A DNA stretch of 63,922 nt, counting the filler, from Diploschistes diacapsis (lineage: Eukaryota): NCBI GenBank assembly GCA_023645945.1. It is 10 parts of 10 records of this genome, joined end to end, with 100 filler letters (N's around TTAATTAATTAA, not from the genome) between each part and the next. Parts side by side here need not be neighbours in the genome. Positions count along the whole stretch, not along the records: positions 12,518 to 16,582 come from JALAIB010001786.1; positions 16,683 to 20,746 come from JALAIB010001787.1; positions 20,847 to 24,903 come from JALAIB010001788.1; 7 more parts are not named here. One strand, given 5' to 3'. Position numbers and translations under genes: made by a program. This document shows positions 12,518 through 24,264 of the stretch, piece by piece; the first letter of the stretch is position 1, and every line of letters begins with the position of its first letter. The notes under the pieces are model-generated. The model ran no database searches. It saw nothing but the letters and a program-made list of their open reading frames with translations, and was not told the DNA's origin.

Positions 12518-13316
12518 ATATAATATTTTAAAAATAATTATAGACGATAATACCCCGCCAATAACTAAAATATATTCGATCGCAATTACTCACTTTTGTT
12601 TTCTTTTAATAACTTTTTAATTCGAGCCTGTTCGACTCGAAACGAAAGCTTTAAAAAAAGAACTATTATTAATATTAAAACTTAACTCGTTTATATTATA
12701 GATATATTCGGGCGCGTATTGCCCTTTATTATATTAAATTATTATTATATCGAATCACCGTTATATAACCTCGTAATTTATCGTATTAAATTTATTCAAT
12801 TCGATCTATCTCGTCTAAATATTAATAATTTTAGAAAATCGTTTGCGAAATCGCGATACCTAATTTTTATCGATAGATTAAAGATTCGCGATTATAACTT
12901 TTAAATTCGAACCGAATTGAATTCTTTCGCGTTAAATCTTTTCGGCCATTTCCACCACCAACGTAAATGATGCAGGAAAGCCAGTTTATATAAAACGTAT
13001 AATCTATCGTACTAATATCTTTTCTTTAAGATTTAAAAGGATTTAATTTAATTCGTGATTATTAAAACGTGATTATACTTTAATAAATCGACGCATAATG
13101 ATTAAACGAGGAACTTTAAATACGCGGGCAGCTTCTCGAACGTTAATATATTATTAAAAATTTAAGGCCTATAAACAATCGTTGATATTAAATTCTATTA
13201 AAATCGAATTATTACGATACGAGGTAGTCATTATTAAAAAAATCGAAGAAAAAGATGAAAGTTGTAATGAGAGGTGGCCCATTTCTGGGGGTGGCCCGGT
13301 TCCCCGTCAAACACGT
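12518..13316 (-). mobile_element. 5' end of a Fot1/pogo (Tc1-mariner superfamily) DNA transposon, RIP-mutated
   Basis: TA|ACGTGTTTGACGGGGAACCGGGCCACCCCCAGAAATGGGCCACC terminal repeat; from ATG at 13231 a degenerate HTH region (NVREAARVFKVPR...GFPASFTLVVEMAEKI). Confidence 0.8.
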
Positions 13317-13318
13317 TA

Positions 13319-16300
13319 TCGATAATTACTCGCGAAAAACCTGGTCTATTCCTTATAAAACTCGGAAGGATGTTATTCGTATTCTATAATTCTGGAAAGT
13401 GAATACAAAGTTCTAAAGCGGTAAATAACTAAAAACGGTGCGTTTCGATAATATACTTAAACTAATCTTTATAATCGAGGATTGAGGAAGAAATTTAGGA
13501 GTTCAAATGGAATCGATAGTATTATACACGTTAAACCAAAATGGCATTACCGAAAAATTTATATAAATTACCGAGATAAATATCCGTGCCATGCTTAAAG
13601 GAACGAAATAAAGATACGCTTTCTAGAACGAAGTAGTATTGATTTAATGCCATATCCGAAATAAAACAATAATAAGATTTAAACTAAACGGTTTAATCGC
13701 GACGCCTACCGAGCATTAATTAAGCGAAAAGCCGTTAATAAATAATATCCGTATCTAAGAATCAAGATACTATAATTACGTAAATATAATTGCAATTTGT
13801 ACGAATCGAGGAGGATATCCGCTCGCTATGAGTGTCCGCTCGCTATGCATATACGTTATATTAATATCGATAAATAATATAAGATTTAAGTATTCGATAT
13901 TTAAAAGATCATTAAAACTAATTCAGTCAAGTTTAAAAAGAATAAGACGTTTATTTTTTAAAAATTAAGATTATTTAAAAGTTATAAAGAAAACGATAAC
14001 GTAATATTTATCCGAAAGCCACCGAGACGTTCAGCCAACGATCTAATACTTAATATTGAAAGTATTAACGACGGATCAATTACCCACGTTAACGACGGGT
14101 CAGTTACGCACGCCAAAGACGTATTAACGATAAAGATAAAAGTTTAGTTAAACCATACTAAACCTTCACTATTTGTTTCTACTAAAGATCATAGTATTTT
14201 GGAAGCCCCTGCTCCCGTTCCTTATGATTAACCTGAGCCAGATAATGATGGCCGACAATTAATGAAGAGGTTCTTGCGGGTTGAGGTTCTAAGAAGAAAG
14301 ACTGAACTTGAATTTATTGAATTAGATGCACCGAAGCCTATTGCGTTAATAACGGGTATTATATACGTTATTAATAACCCGATTACGTATATAGTCTTAA
14401 TTAACGCCACGTTAACAACGTCTAATATACAGGATTCTTAAATAATAAACGATATAAACGACGTTTTAATAATTATAATTATTTAAAATATTAAAAAGTT
14501 TTATAACACGAGTTCTATTATTAATAAACGATAGCGGGATGTCGAACATTTTTTATCAATTAAAATATTAAAAAGTTATATAACGCTTATAATTAATAAA
14601 TAGGAGATAACGAGCGACGTCGGTTCAAGATCGACGCGTATTAGTATCTTAAGAAATTATAAGGAAGCCGTGAATGATCCGATCTTCGGATAAGAATAGG
14701 AAGTAATAATAAAGAAAAAAATCGATTTTTTATTATTAAATTAAATCTACATTGAATTACTTGAACTATTTAAATCTATTAATATTATAAGTTTAAAATG
14801 GGTTTTCGATATTAAGTATAATCTTAATAATAATATTAAAAGGTTTAAAATTAGATTAGTCGCAAGAGGTTTCTCGTAAAGATAAAATATCGATTTCGAC
14901 GAGACATTTGTTCTTATTATTCGAGCCGATTCGCTACGAATTCTATTAACGGTTATAACAATTAAAGATCTAGAATGTTATCAAATGGACGTCAATAATG
15001 CGTTTATCGAAATATTATTAACGTATTAGATCTACATAACCGCACTAGATAGATATAGCGTTCTAAAGGGCACCGTATTTAAAATTAATAAAAGCTTATA
15101 TAGGCTAAAGTAAGCGGCCAAAGATTGGTATAAAAAATACGGCAGTATAATCCTGAATCTAAGATTCGTCCGATCTAATGCTAACCTATACGTCTTTATT
15201 TTGCGAGATCGAAAGCTACTGGTTAGCCTTTATATAAACGATATTATTATAGCAGCACCGGACCTACATGATATATGCTGATTTAAAAGAACACTGGCTG
15301 AACGCTACAAGATCAAGGACCTAAAGGAGATAAAAAAGCTCTTAGGAATGAAAATTCAGCGACAGCGCAGTTCAGGTTTAATAGATTCAGCTAAACTGAC
15401 CCTAGATCAAAAGATATACGTCGAGAAGATACTCTAGCGTTTCAAGATGATAACGGATACATATAAAAGCTAAAAGATACCGCTTAATAAATACGACGAT
15501 ATTAAATTAAATAAAGAATCCTCGGAAACAATTAATAAAACGTAATATCAAGAAATTATTAATAATATCATACATTTAACGGTTTATACGAGACCAGACA
15601 TCGTATTTACTATTAAAAAGTTAAGCCAGTACATAACTAACCCATACATCCACTATTTATATGTTTTAAAGGAACTACTCCGCTACATTCGGAAGACAAA
15701 GGATACTAAAATTTAATTCAGTTTTAAACCTAAACTTTCGAAATTACGGAAATACTTCGATATAGATTATAAAAGAGATAAGTCAGATCGAAAGTTTACG
15801 TATGAACATATCTTTCAATTATACGGTGGATCAATATCTTAAATAAGCAAGAAACAGAATTCAGTTTTAACGTTAATTATAGAAACTAAATATATTGATT
15901 TATCTCATACCGCTAAACAAGCCTTATAATACTTATAATTTTAAAAAATATTAATTATTTTGATTTTATAAGAATATTTCTATATACTATTAATTTACTC
16001 GGTAATAATATTGGTTCTCTAAATTTAATAAAGCACGTAAGGATTAACGATCGTTTAAAACATATCGACATTATTTATCATCACGTACGAAATCTGGTTA
16101 AGTAGGGACGTATCAAGATATCTTATATTTTTATCGATAAAATGGTTGCTGATAGATTTACGAAACCACTAAATTACTCGAAGCACGACGACTTTATTAA
16201 GAAACTCTGTCTAATCTAAAAGATATTTAATTAAACTATGTAATCATACCGGACGATTCCGCCTGTGGGGAAATATTGAGTAGATAGATAAAAGATATGG

Positions 16301-16488
16301 CTAAAAGTTTAATTAAGTTCTAGAAGGAGGTTTAATTCAGTTGAACCTCCTGGAATCCCAACTAGACCGGTTTAGGAATAGTGTAGGTAATAGGGCTTAA
16401 CGTATCCCATAAGAATAAAAGTCTGCAAAATAGGATAACCTCCTAGATAGACCTCTAGACTTCAATATATCCATTACGTTGCCAAACA
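13319..16488 (+). mobile_element. Ty1/Copia LTR retrotransposon (integrase-RT-RNase H plus 3' LTR 16274-16488), RIP-inactivated
   Basis: Copia domain order, with degenerate motifs NQNGI(A)E, KWVFDIKY, FK(A)RLVARGFS, QMDVNNAF, SLY(G)LK(Q)A, LY(VD)DI, KHIDIIYHHVR, MVAD(G)FTKPL; purine tract GGGGAAA before an LTR ending GCCAAACA. Confidence 0.92.
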
Positions 16489-16989
16489 GAATCGTCGAAA
16501 CATTTTTTTAATTTTTTATCGATAATCCTCGAATATCCTGGTAGAATAGATTAAAATATCGTTTAAATATAAAATAACGTACNNNNNNNNNNNNNNNNNN
16601 NNNNNNNNNNNNNNNNNNNNNNNNNNTTAATTAATTAANNNNNNNNNNNNNNNNNNNNNNNNNNNNNNNNNNNNNNNNNNNNTTGGGGCTAGTGAAGGAA
16701 ACATGGTCTAGGAAGACGAGCTTGTGTGCTACTAGTTCTGTCAGCCCCGCCCCAAAAGCCCCACTTTTTCACAACTGTGGGTTGACAATGTTTGATTCCT
16801 ATTTTGAGGCTCGACTGCAAGCCGCCCCATTGTTGCTGGAGATTTTGGGGGCTTGCAAGCAAACATGGTATAGAAAGGTTGGCATGGGTCCATCTAGGGT
16901 TATTAGCCCAGCCCCAAAAGCCCCGGTTCCACAACAGTCTGGGTGTAGGAATGTTGATCCCGATCTTGAATGCAGCCCCAGTGAATATG

Positions 16990-17920
16990 ATGCTTGATGA
17001 TCGGGATATGTTGGCTTGCGGACTCTTCTGAGTGAGGTATGTAGCAGGCATATTGCAATAATAGTCTGTACCAAATGTGAGATCAAGTTGAACAATGTAC
17101 TCTTGCCAGTACTTGCAGCTGGACCTGGTAGAAGTTGGTGCGAATGCGCCCTGACAGGCATTACCTGATTTGACCCAGCAGGTACTCTCTCTCATCATCC
17201 TACGGCTTGTTTTTTGACTCACAAATTCCCGGAGCTCTTCTATCCTCTCAGGATCGGCTTCTGGGAAGTGGTAAGGGACACACAGCAGCTCAACATGTCT
17301 TGTGGTCAGCCATTCGAAAGCTTCTGGTCAGTTAGTCAAACACTCCATCCCTGAAGGCCATTAGGTCCAAGTGTATGTCCAAATCTTTTGAGAAACTGTC
17401 ACAGTGCATGTGCTTTGTGATGGAGAGTTGGTATAGGCTAGCATTATTGTCCTGACACTTCCAAACTGTGCTTGTGAATGGGGTAGAAGCTGACGTCCTT
17501 GGTGTTGTTACCCTTACAGCCTGTCCAGGAAACAGAGAGCTAACACCCTCTGCAGAATCAAGATGCTGGCCGCCACCTGATGTGGTCATCCACAATATCT
17601 CCACTGAGGTGAAAAGCTGATTGTGCAACGCCAGGTTGTCCATTATCAGCCAGTGCTTGATGCTACCAAAACCTACCCCTATGCCCTTGTCCCTGAAAGA
17701 CAGCTTTGACAGCTTCTTGTCGACCTCATTGGCATTACATTGTTCACTCATCAACTCATCAACTTCTGGGAAAACTGATGAGTTTGCGACCTTCTTCTTT
17801 GTAGCTGTTTGACTTCCGTATGTTTTGGGATGCCACAGTCTACCTTTAGCCAGTCTTCACAGCCTTTGGGCCTGCCCAAGCTGACAACTTTTCCGGTCTC
17901 AACAGAATGCATCCATGAAG
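16990..17920 (-). pseudogene. Decayed D5-like primase-helicase (PriCT-2 + D5_N + start of SF3 helicase), viral/plasmid type
   Basis: Across frameshifts: EDWLKV...HQFSQ..SEQCNANEVDKK...GFGSIKHW..MDN (PriCT-2-like), FSKDLDIHLDLMAFRDGVFD (D5_N-like), REYLLGQI..CLSG, GPAASTGKSTLFNLI (Walker A), TFGTDYYCNMPATYLTQK. Confidence 0.72.
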
Positions 17921-18506
17921 CAACATCATGTCAGTCCTTAAAGGATAACAGAAAACGTAATCACACAAAAATAATTTTGAAACTGGGGCTTTTGGGGCGG
18001 GGCTGACAGCACAGTATAGCTTCAAGCTAGCCTTGCTAGAAAGTGTTTGACTTATCAGCCCCATTGTTAAGGAGGCAAATTGGGGCTGGCCTGACAACAC
18101 TAGATAGCCCCCAGCTAGCCTTGCTGGAAGGTACTGACTTGTCAACCCTGGTTTTGTCCAAGTGGAGGTAAATTGTCGCTGTTTAACACACCCCTGTCAC
18201 AATTGGTTGAATCCGAGCCAGCTTCTGCTGTGTGCAGGATCAACTTGATATGAGCTCACCTGAGACTATGCACTCCGAGGTAACAGGGACTTTGAGCCAG
18301 CTTGATGACCCGCTGGCAAGCGTCCGCTGAGGGCAGTGGCGACAGTAGTTGCTAAGAAGATGTCTGGCGGCCGCAATGGTGAGGGTATTGGGGGTTGATG
18401 TGGCAGTAGTAAATTGCTTGTGTGCTTGCTATATCCAACCTTGCCTTGTATGGTTCTTAGTGAATTGGATAAGTAAGAGCCCAGTTGCCCTGCACTCAAA
18501 CAGGTT

Positions 18507-18648
18507 AGAGCATTTGGAAGAGTGAAACATATAGGGTTGTAGGCCATTGTTGGCACACAGCTGGCCCTGGTGTGGGGTGAGAGCATTTGGAAGAGTGAAA
18601 CGTATGGGGTTGTAGGCCTTTGTTGGCGCACAGCTGGGCCTGGTGGGG
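18507..18648. repeat. Tandem duplication of about 72 bp
   Basis: AGAGCATTTGGAAGAGTGAAAC(A/G)TAT(A/G)GGGTTGTAGGCC(A/T)TTGTTGGC(A/G)CACAGCTGG occurs twice in succession. Confidence 0.85.
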
Positions 18649-20217
18649 CCTTTAATTGAGGATCCCTAGTTGTGGGCCCTAGCTTCTGGGCATCCAACTG
18701 GCGCTGAGACAGGGCTTCTTTGACAAGCAACCGCTGCGGTTCTTTATCAAGAGCCAACTCACGATGTATGCAAAGCCCATTTTGACATGCGCTTACCTAA
18801 GATCACACTCGAAGGTAGTGGAGACTTACTGTCAAGCAGCCTGTTGACAATGTTGACAGTCGTTTGTCCCAGACCGTGGCGCTCTTGGTTGTGGGGAAGA
18901 TGATGGGCAGCCTCATGGTTGGAATTTTGTTGTGGAGTTGAAGATCGCTGCAAGGTGAATGGCAAACTGAGTTGCTTTTGCTTGCTAAATGTAGCCAGTC
19001 CCTTATGTGGCTCTCACTGATCGGAATAGTACCTTGGCTGTCCTGCACAAAATCAAGTCAGAGAGTGGAAAGTGGGGCTTTTGGGGCGGGTTTGGGAGCC
19101 TGAGATGGCTCAAGCTAGCCTTGCTAGAAACTGCATGACTTACCAGCCCGGTTACTGGGGAGGCAAAGTGGGGCTAGGAGCGCGCTTCAGGGGCAACCAT
19201 CAGGATTTTACCGGAGTCTGAGCCAACTTCTGTTGCGTGCAGAACAAAGTCTTAGTATGCACTCACTTGACCTTACACTCTAAAGGTAGTAGAGGTCTAG
19301 GACCCAAGAGCCAAATGATGATTTCCACAGATGTTTGAAACCGACAGTGGGCTCCAGGCTCTAGCAAAGAAGCGATTATGGTTGTGGAGCTCTGTTGTTC
19401 GCTTAAGCCAGTTGATGAAGTGCTGAACCGTTTGTGTGGGTATTCGATATAGCCAACACCTTATGTGGTTCTGCTTGACCACCGTATTAGTAATCCTGGT
19501 GGCCCAGTACAAGATGAGAGTTTGAGAATGTGAAGCTTTGGGCTAGGCTGACAGCGCAAGATAGCCGTCAGCTAGAGCCAATAGGACTTGTTCACTTGAC
19601 AGGGGAGCAAGAGTGGGGCTTTGGCTGTAGACCAACCGATTTCTGGAATCTGAGTCAAGTTCCGGGTGCAGAGCCAAAGAAATGTGTTGAAGCCGGCTGT
19701 GGCTTAGTGTATATCCGTACACAAAGCCTGAAAATCGCCTCACCTTCGATATAGGCTACAAGGCGCTGCAGTGATCCTGTCCAGCTCTAGCAATCTCGCC
19801 CAGGTCTACAACAAGAACTTTTGAGTGCATCCTGAAGGACCTACCCGGGGAAGTCGTTGGAGAGAGCTGTCAGAAGAGTTATTGAAGGTGATGTGCGTGT
19901 CTAATAGGCTGTCGTGCCAGGGTGTTACGGTGTGCCTTGAGAGCGTTTGTGGCTTCTTGGGATGGTGACCCTTGCACCAGGTTATGTACTGGGTTGACTT
20001 GAAACTGGATGCTGATGTGAACATGTGCAACCTCTTAGATTCTCCATCATTACATGCATATGTTTGAAGGCCTCTTGACTTCAGAGCTCCGTTACGGTGA
20101 AAAGAAGCAAATCTGGTAAAGTCTGTCAACACACCATTACCGGTCTTCATCATGAAAGATTGTGTTGTCTCATTTGAGTCAAGATGCAATGAAGCAAAGC
20201 TGGTGCAAAGTTAAAGG

Positions 20218-20360
20218 TTCCATCAATGCATGCTAGAACTTCCATCAATGCATGCTAGAACTTCCATCAACACATGATGGAAGTTCCATCAACATCATGT
20301 AACGCTTGTGCAAAGGTAGAGTTTCCAACAAAACATGATGGAATTTCCATCATTACATGT
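20218..20360. repeat. 22-bp tandem repeats with internal palindromes
   Basis: TTCCATCAATGCATGCTAGAAC twice, then variants containing GATGGAAGTTCCATC and GATGGAATTTCCATC. Confidence 0.8.
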
Positions 20361-20505
20361 CTACATCATGGACAGTTTGATTGTTTGACAAAGACATAGA
20401 AGCATTTAGATCGGCAAGCTCTGCTGGCACTCCACAAGAGTTCAAGCAGTTCAGATATTCATGGTCAACATTCTTAACGAATCTCCAGTAGCGCATCCCG
20501 CCAAG

Positions 20506-20745
20506 TCAGTAGTACTTCTGTGTATTTTGATTCCACTTGATGTTGTATTTTTCCAGAATGGACCGTTTCACATTTCTGCTGTCGTTTGCCCTCTTGATAG
20601 CTTTGACACGATTGATTGCGTAATCATGCTCCTTGTGGTACTTTGCACTGAATTTTGCTTTTTGAACTTTATGTCTGAGGTACCATATACGATTTGCTTG
20701 CTTTTTGCCCTGTTTTGTCTTTCGATCCGGCTTAGTGATCACCAT
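20506..20745 (-). CDS. Small basic hypothetical protein (may be 5'-truncated at the contig end)
   Basis: 79-aa Lys/Arg-rich intact ORF without introns; family not recognised. Confidence 0.4.
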   Translation of the reverse strand: MVITKPDRKTKQGKKQANRIWYLRHKVQKAKFSAKYHKEHDYAINRVKAIKRANDSRNVKRSILEKYNIKWNQNTQKYY

Positions 20746-20846
20746 GNNNNNNNNNNNNNNNNNNNNNNNNNNNNNNNNNNNNNNNNNNNNTTAATTAATT
20801 AANNNNNNNNNNNNNNNNNNNNNNNNNNNNNNNNNNNNNNNNNNNN

Positions 20847-21200
20847 GTATTATTTTATAATAGTAGATATTAGGAGGATTATTTTATATTTCGAAAATTG
20901 AATTTTTGGTAACTCGGTTTTTACCGAATAACCTATTCGGATCATAAGAAGTTAGTATATAAGTTTATTAAACTAAATGGAACGGACCTTAATAGAACCT
21001 TTGTAGGCAGAAGGTTAAAGGTCTTTATTACTGATTTTAGAAAAGAAATGATAGTGCCGGATTCTAAAACTACGGGTTAAAAGGATAGGGATAGATCTAT
21101 AGAAGAAAAAAATATCGATAAGGATTTAGATGATAAAGTTCCTTTTAATCTTTTAAGAAAGTTTATACCTGCGGGGAGGGATTTCGCGGTAATGATTTAG
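20847..21200 (+). mobile_element. 3' end of Ty3/Gypsy pol (integrase C-terminal region), RIP-mutated
   Basis: Reads VLFYNSRY*EDYFIFRKLNFW*LGFYRI...VYKFIKLNGTDLNRTFVGRRLKVF, which de-RIPs to the fungal Gypsy tail VLLHD...KLxFxWLGPYRI...YxLxELDGT.L.GTFAG.RLK.F; TAG at 21198-21200. Confidence 0.8.
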
Positions 21201-21531
21201 GAGATGGGTCCTTTTATTGTTATAAGGGAGGGAAGGGTTTAGTTGAATTCTTAATAAACCCTTTATGAAATTAAAAAAGAAGATTAGAAAATTTTTTTTT
21301 GTAACATTCTTTCCATTCGGCGTTTAAGATTCTGTGATTTTGTGTACGTTTTATCCTGCTAGAGTTACTGTTTGATATGCGTTGAAAGCTTATGGTATTT
21401 TGAGCTTTGCTTGCTTTACCTTCTTATTTATTTCTTGTTGTTTTGTCTTCCTGTTTGCCTTCTGAGATCTTTATTTTAGGACCCTGCTAGTTGCGTTTAG
21501 AGATCTTATTGAACTATAAATTATCGTTATA

Positions 21532-24264
21532 ATGACCGAAACTACATCTTTCGTACCAATATCGAGTTCCTTCTCTCCCCTGGTTCTATTAAGAAGTTAT
21601 GTTTAAATTAAAAGCTATTAAATATTAATTGTATTAATAGATGGAAGTAGTTTTAATACGATAAAGAATTTTATTAATTATATAAGAAAATAATCGTTAA
21701 AGGATAGATATCTTTTAATTTGCGAAGTTAAAATTAAGATTGAGGTAATAGTCTATCTTACGGCCGATTACTTAGAATAACTCGTTGAGAAGGTTAAAAA
21801 AGAGAGTTTATATATTACAATAGGGGTATCGGAAGTTAATTATGAAGAAAAATAGGAATCTATAAAGGAACTTATAAGAAACTATAGATAAAAGTTATTA
21901 TAAGTTAGTAACGTTATTGATAGAGTTAGTAGATTGTGGGGGAAGTAGTTTGTATTATCGGCGTATCCGGGTGAAGTGTACGATTCTTTAGAAATTTATG
22001 TTAAGTTAATGAATATTTTGGTCACGATGGTAAATAGGAACGTGAAATTAACGTAAAAACTTTTAGTTAATATAATAATCGTTCGCCTCGAAAGAATTAA
22101 GATCGAAATATATAAGATTCGAATATTATTAGTTTCAGATGTGTAAAAGATAACTAAATATAAAAGAAATATTTTAGGATTTTTAAATAAAGGTATTATG
22201 TTAATTTTAAAACAAGTTATATTTATGATAAATAAGCTAGCGTATATTAAGATAGACTTACGGCGTGTTGGATTAATAATTATATCAGATTCCGTCGTTC
22301 CGATCGACTTCGCCTTAATAATAGAAATAAAAAGGAATCAAGTATTAGTTATAAACAGGTAGCTTATTTTGTTAGAAATTAGAAATTCATCCGCGATTAA
22401 TGAAAGCGTCGGATTCGACCTTATGAATATCGATATTAAATAGGGGATCCTAGGGTCTTATGATTAGGACGGTCTCGCGTTCGGTTTTGGTAACCTTCCG
22501 TTTCTTATCGTGTTTATAGGATTTATTGTAATGAAAGTAAGGAAAATGACCTTCGTAAGGATGCACGGTTATGGATATAAATAGGAAAAGAAGTTATATG
22601 TTATCTTAAGTATTAAGAATTTAGGATAAAAGGAGGTTTTGTAATAATATAGAAATTTTATTTTTAAAGAACGTGAACGCTTTTTCTACTTTTCGTACTT
22701 GAGGGCTATATGCGGGGTTATAGGGCTTAAGAATAGGTAAAGGAATAGAATTATTTTAATAATAAAGTTATATTTGGTTTATAAAGATGAATCGAAGATC
22801 GGGGTATTAAAGACTGGAAACCGAATTTATTAGTTATTTCGAAAGGATAATAAGCTAACACGATCTTTAAACGACCTCGATAATTATAAGTATTTCATTC
22901 TAATATTAAAAGTGGATTTTTCCGATTACGATAAGATTATATGGTACTTTAAGGGTGATCTTATTTCGTTAGGCATTCTTAATACAATTAAATTAAAGTT
23001 ATAGATAAAGTAGGATTGGAACAGAGATAATAGTATTATGGTAAATAATATCTTCGATTAGCTTTTCAATGGACGAGCTAACGAATCTAACGTATTAGGT
23101 AGCTTGAACTTCATAATTATAATAGATGTAGAATTCTCTATGTATCAGTAATACTTCCGTAAGCGTAATAAATAACCCAATTTGGATTAGAATCGTGCAA
23201 TGTTCCATTTTAGGGTGCAATAAGTTATAAAACAGTGTCTTATATATTACTTATTATATGTGGCATTACGACCTAATTATAATAAATAATTGGTTTCATA
23301 CCTCTATTACTGCAAAAATCAGGAACCGGAAGATCAAACCTATTTTCGATATATAAACTACAACATCCAAAGACTGGTGGAGAAAAGGTAAGGAATGAAC
23401 ATTATTTAAAAATCTATCTCTATTAACGATAAATAAGAAGACGATTATATATAACTCCTGTTTAGCATACATCGAAAGATTAAAAAATAATAAAAAATAT
23501 TATAACACCGGTAGTAAATTAGAAAGATAGTTTTGAAAGATGGACCTATCTATACCGTTAATAACAAGATATGGACGGCATAGGATGAAAAAGATACGTA
23601 AATAGTATTTATATTTTAATCATATAATAAGAAAGACGTCAAGATATTTAGACCTGAGTTATCTCACGGGACGCAGAAGTTTAAGCGCGTAAAGAGGACC
23701 GTTTTATCTTGGTATATGGGAGTTTAGAAAGACTATTCGATGCTTAATATTGCTGTTTCTGGTACGTAGGAATAGCTTTCTATTACGTATAGAGATTTAA
23801 TTTCTGATTTTTCTTCGCCATCGGGATTATATAATATGTATAAAGGGATCCTCTACGCCTTTGTTAGTGTTATACCGATTACTAGATTGGGAATAATCTC
23901 GGATGCATTGGTGGAACGACGTCAGTAAACTGACCCGGCTGTAATGAAAAAATAGATATAAATTTTTCGTCCTGAAATCAAAAATGTTTATTTTAAGGAA
24001 TAAATGGTTAAGGCCTCTAGGGATTTTAAAGATTATTATATAACAATGCGCTAAAAAGAATATACCGCGTTTCACGATCAAGGTAAAAGCTTCTTCTCAG
24101 TTCTTATAAAAACGCAATTCGATTACTAAGCGGTATTGAGGAAAGCGCTTTTTCCGAACGAGGAGGAAGAGGAGGAAGAGGAGGTGGAAGAAGAGGAAGA
24201 AGAAGTGGAAGAGGAGGAAGAGGAGAAGGAGGGGGAAGGAGAGGAAGAAGAAGAGAAGGAATAG
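21532..24264 (+). pseudogene. RIP-mutated retrotransposon cargo ORF, PhyH-like 2OG-Fe(II) dioxygenase with Glu-rich tail (copy 2)
   Basis: One frame from ATG 21532 without frameshift, interrupted by RIP-type TAA/TAG stops; inferred HxD at 23350-23358, intact distal His codon at 23665-23667 (EL(P)HG), KRTVL(P)WY strand, poly-Glu at 24160-24261. Confidence 0.75.

Larger units (their letters stand above)
16738..19690. repeat. Dispersed GGGGCTTTTGGGGC repeat family in both orientations
   Basis: Copies near 16738 and 16904 (one orientation) and 17984, 19073, 19613 (the other); associated CAAGCTAGCCTTGCTAGAAA at about 18023 and 19111. Confidence 0.8.

Noticed and set aside
8352..16582. AT-rich DNA as organellar sequence or a stop-codon-reassigned genome
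   Set aside because: The in-frame TAA/TAG codons fall at Gln/Trp positions along with general CA/TG loss in recognisable transposon genes, which RIP explains.
21224..21237. GGGAGGGAAGGG just after the pol stop as the element's polypurine tract
   Set aside because: It is not followed by a TG-starting LTR; the homologous copy shows the PPT and LTR downstream of the cargo ORF.
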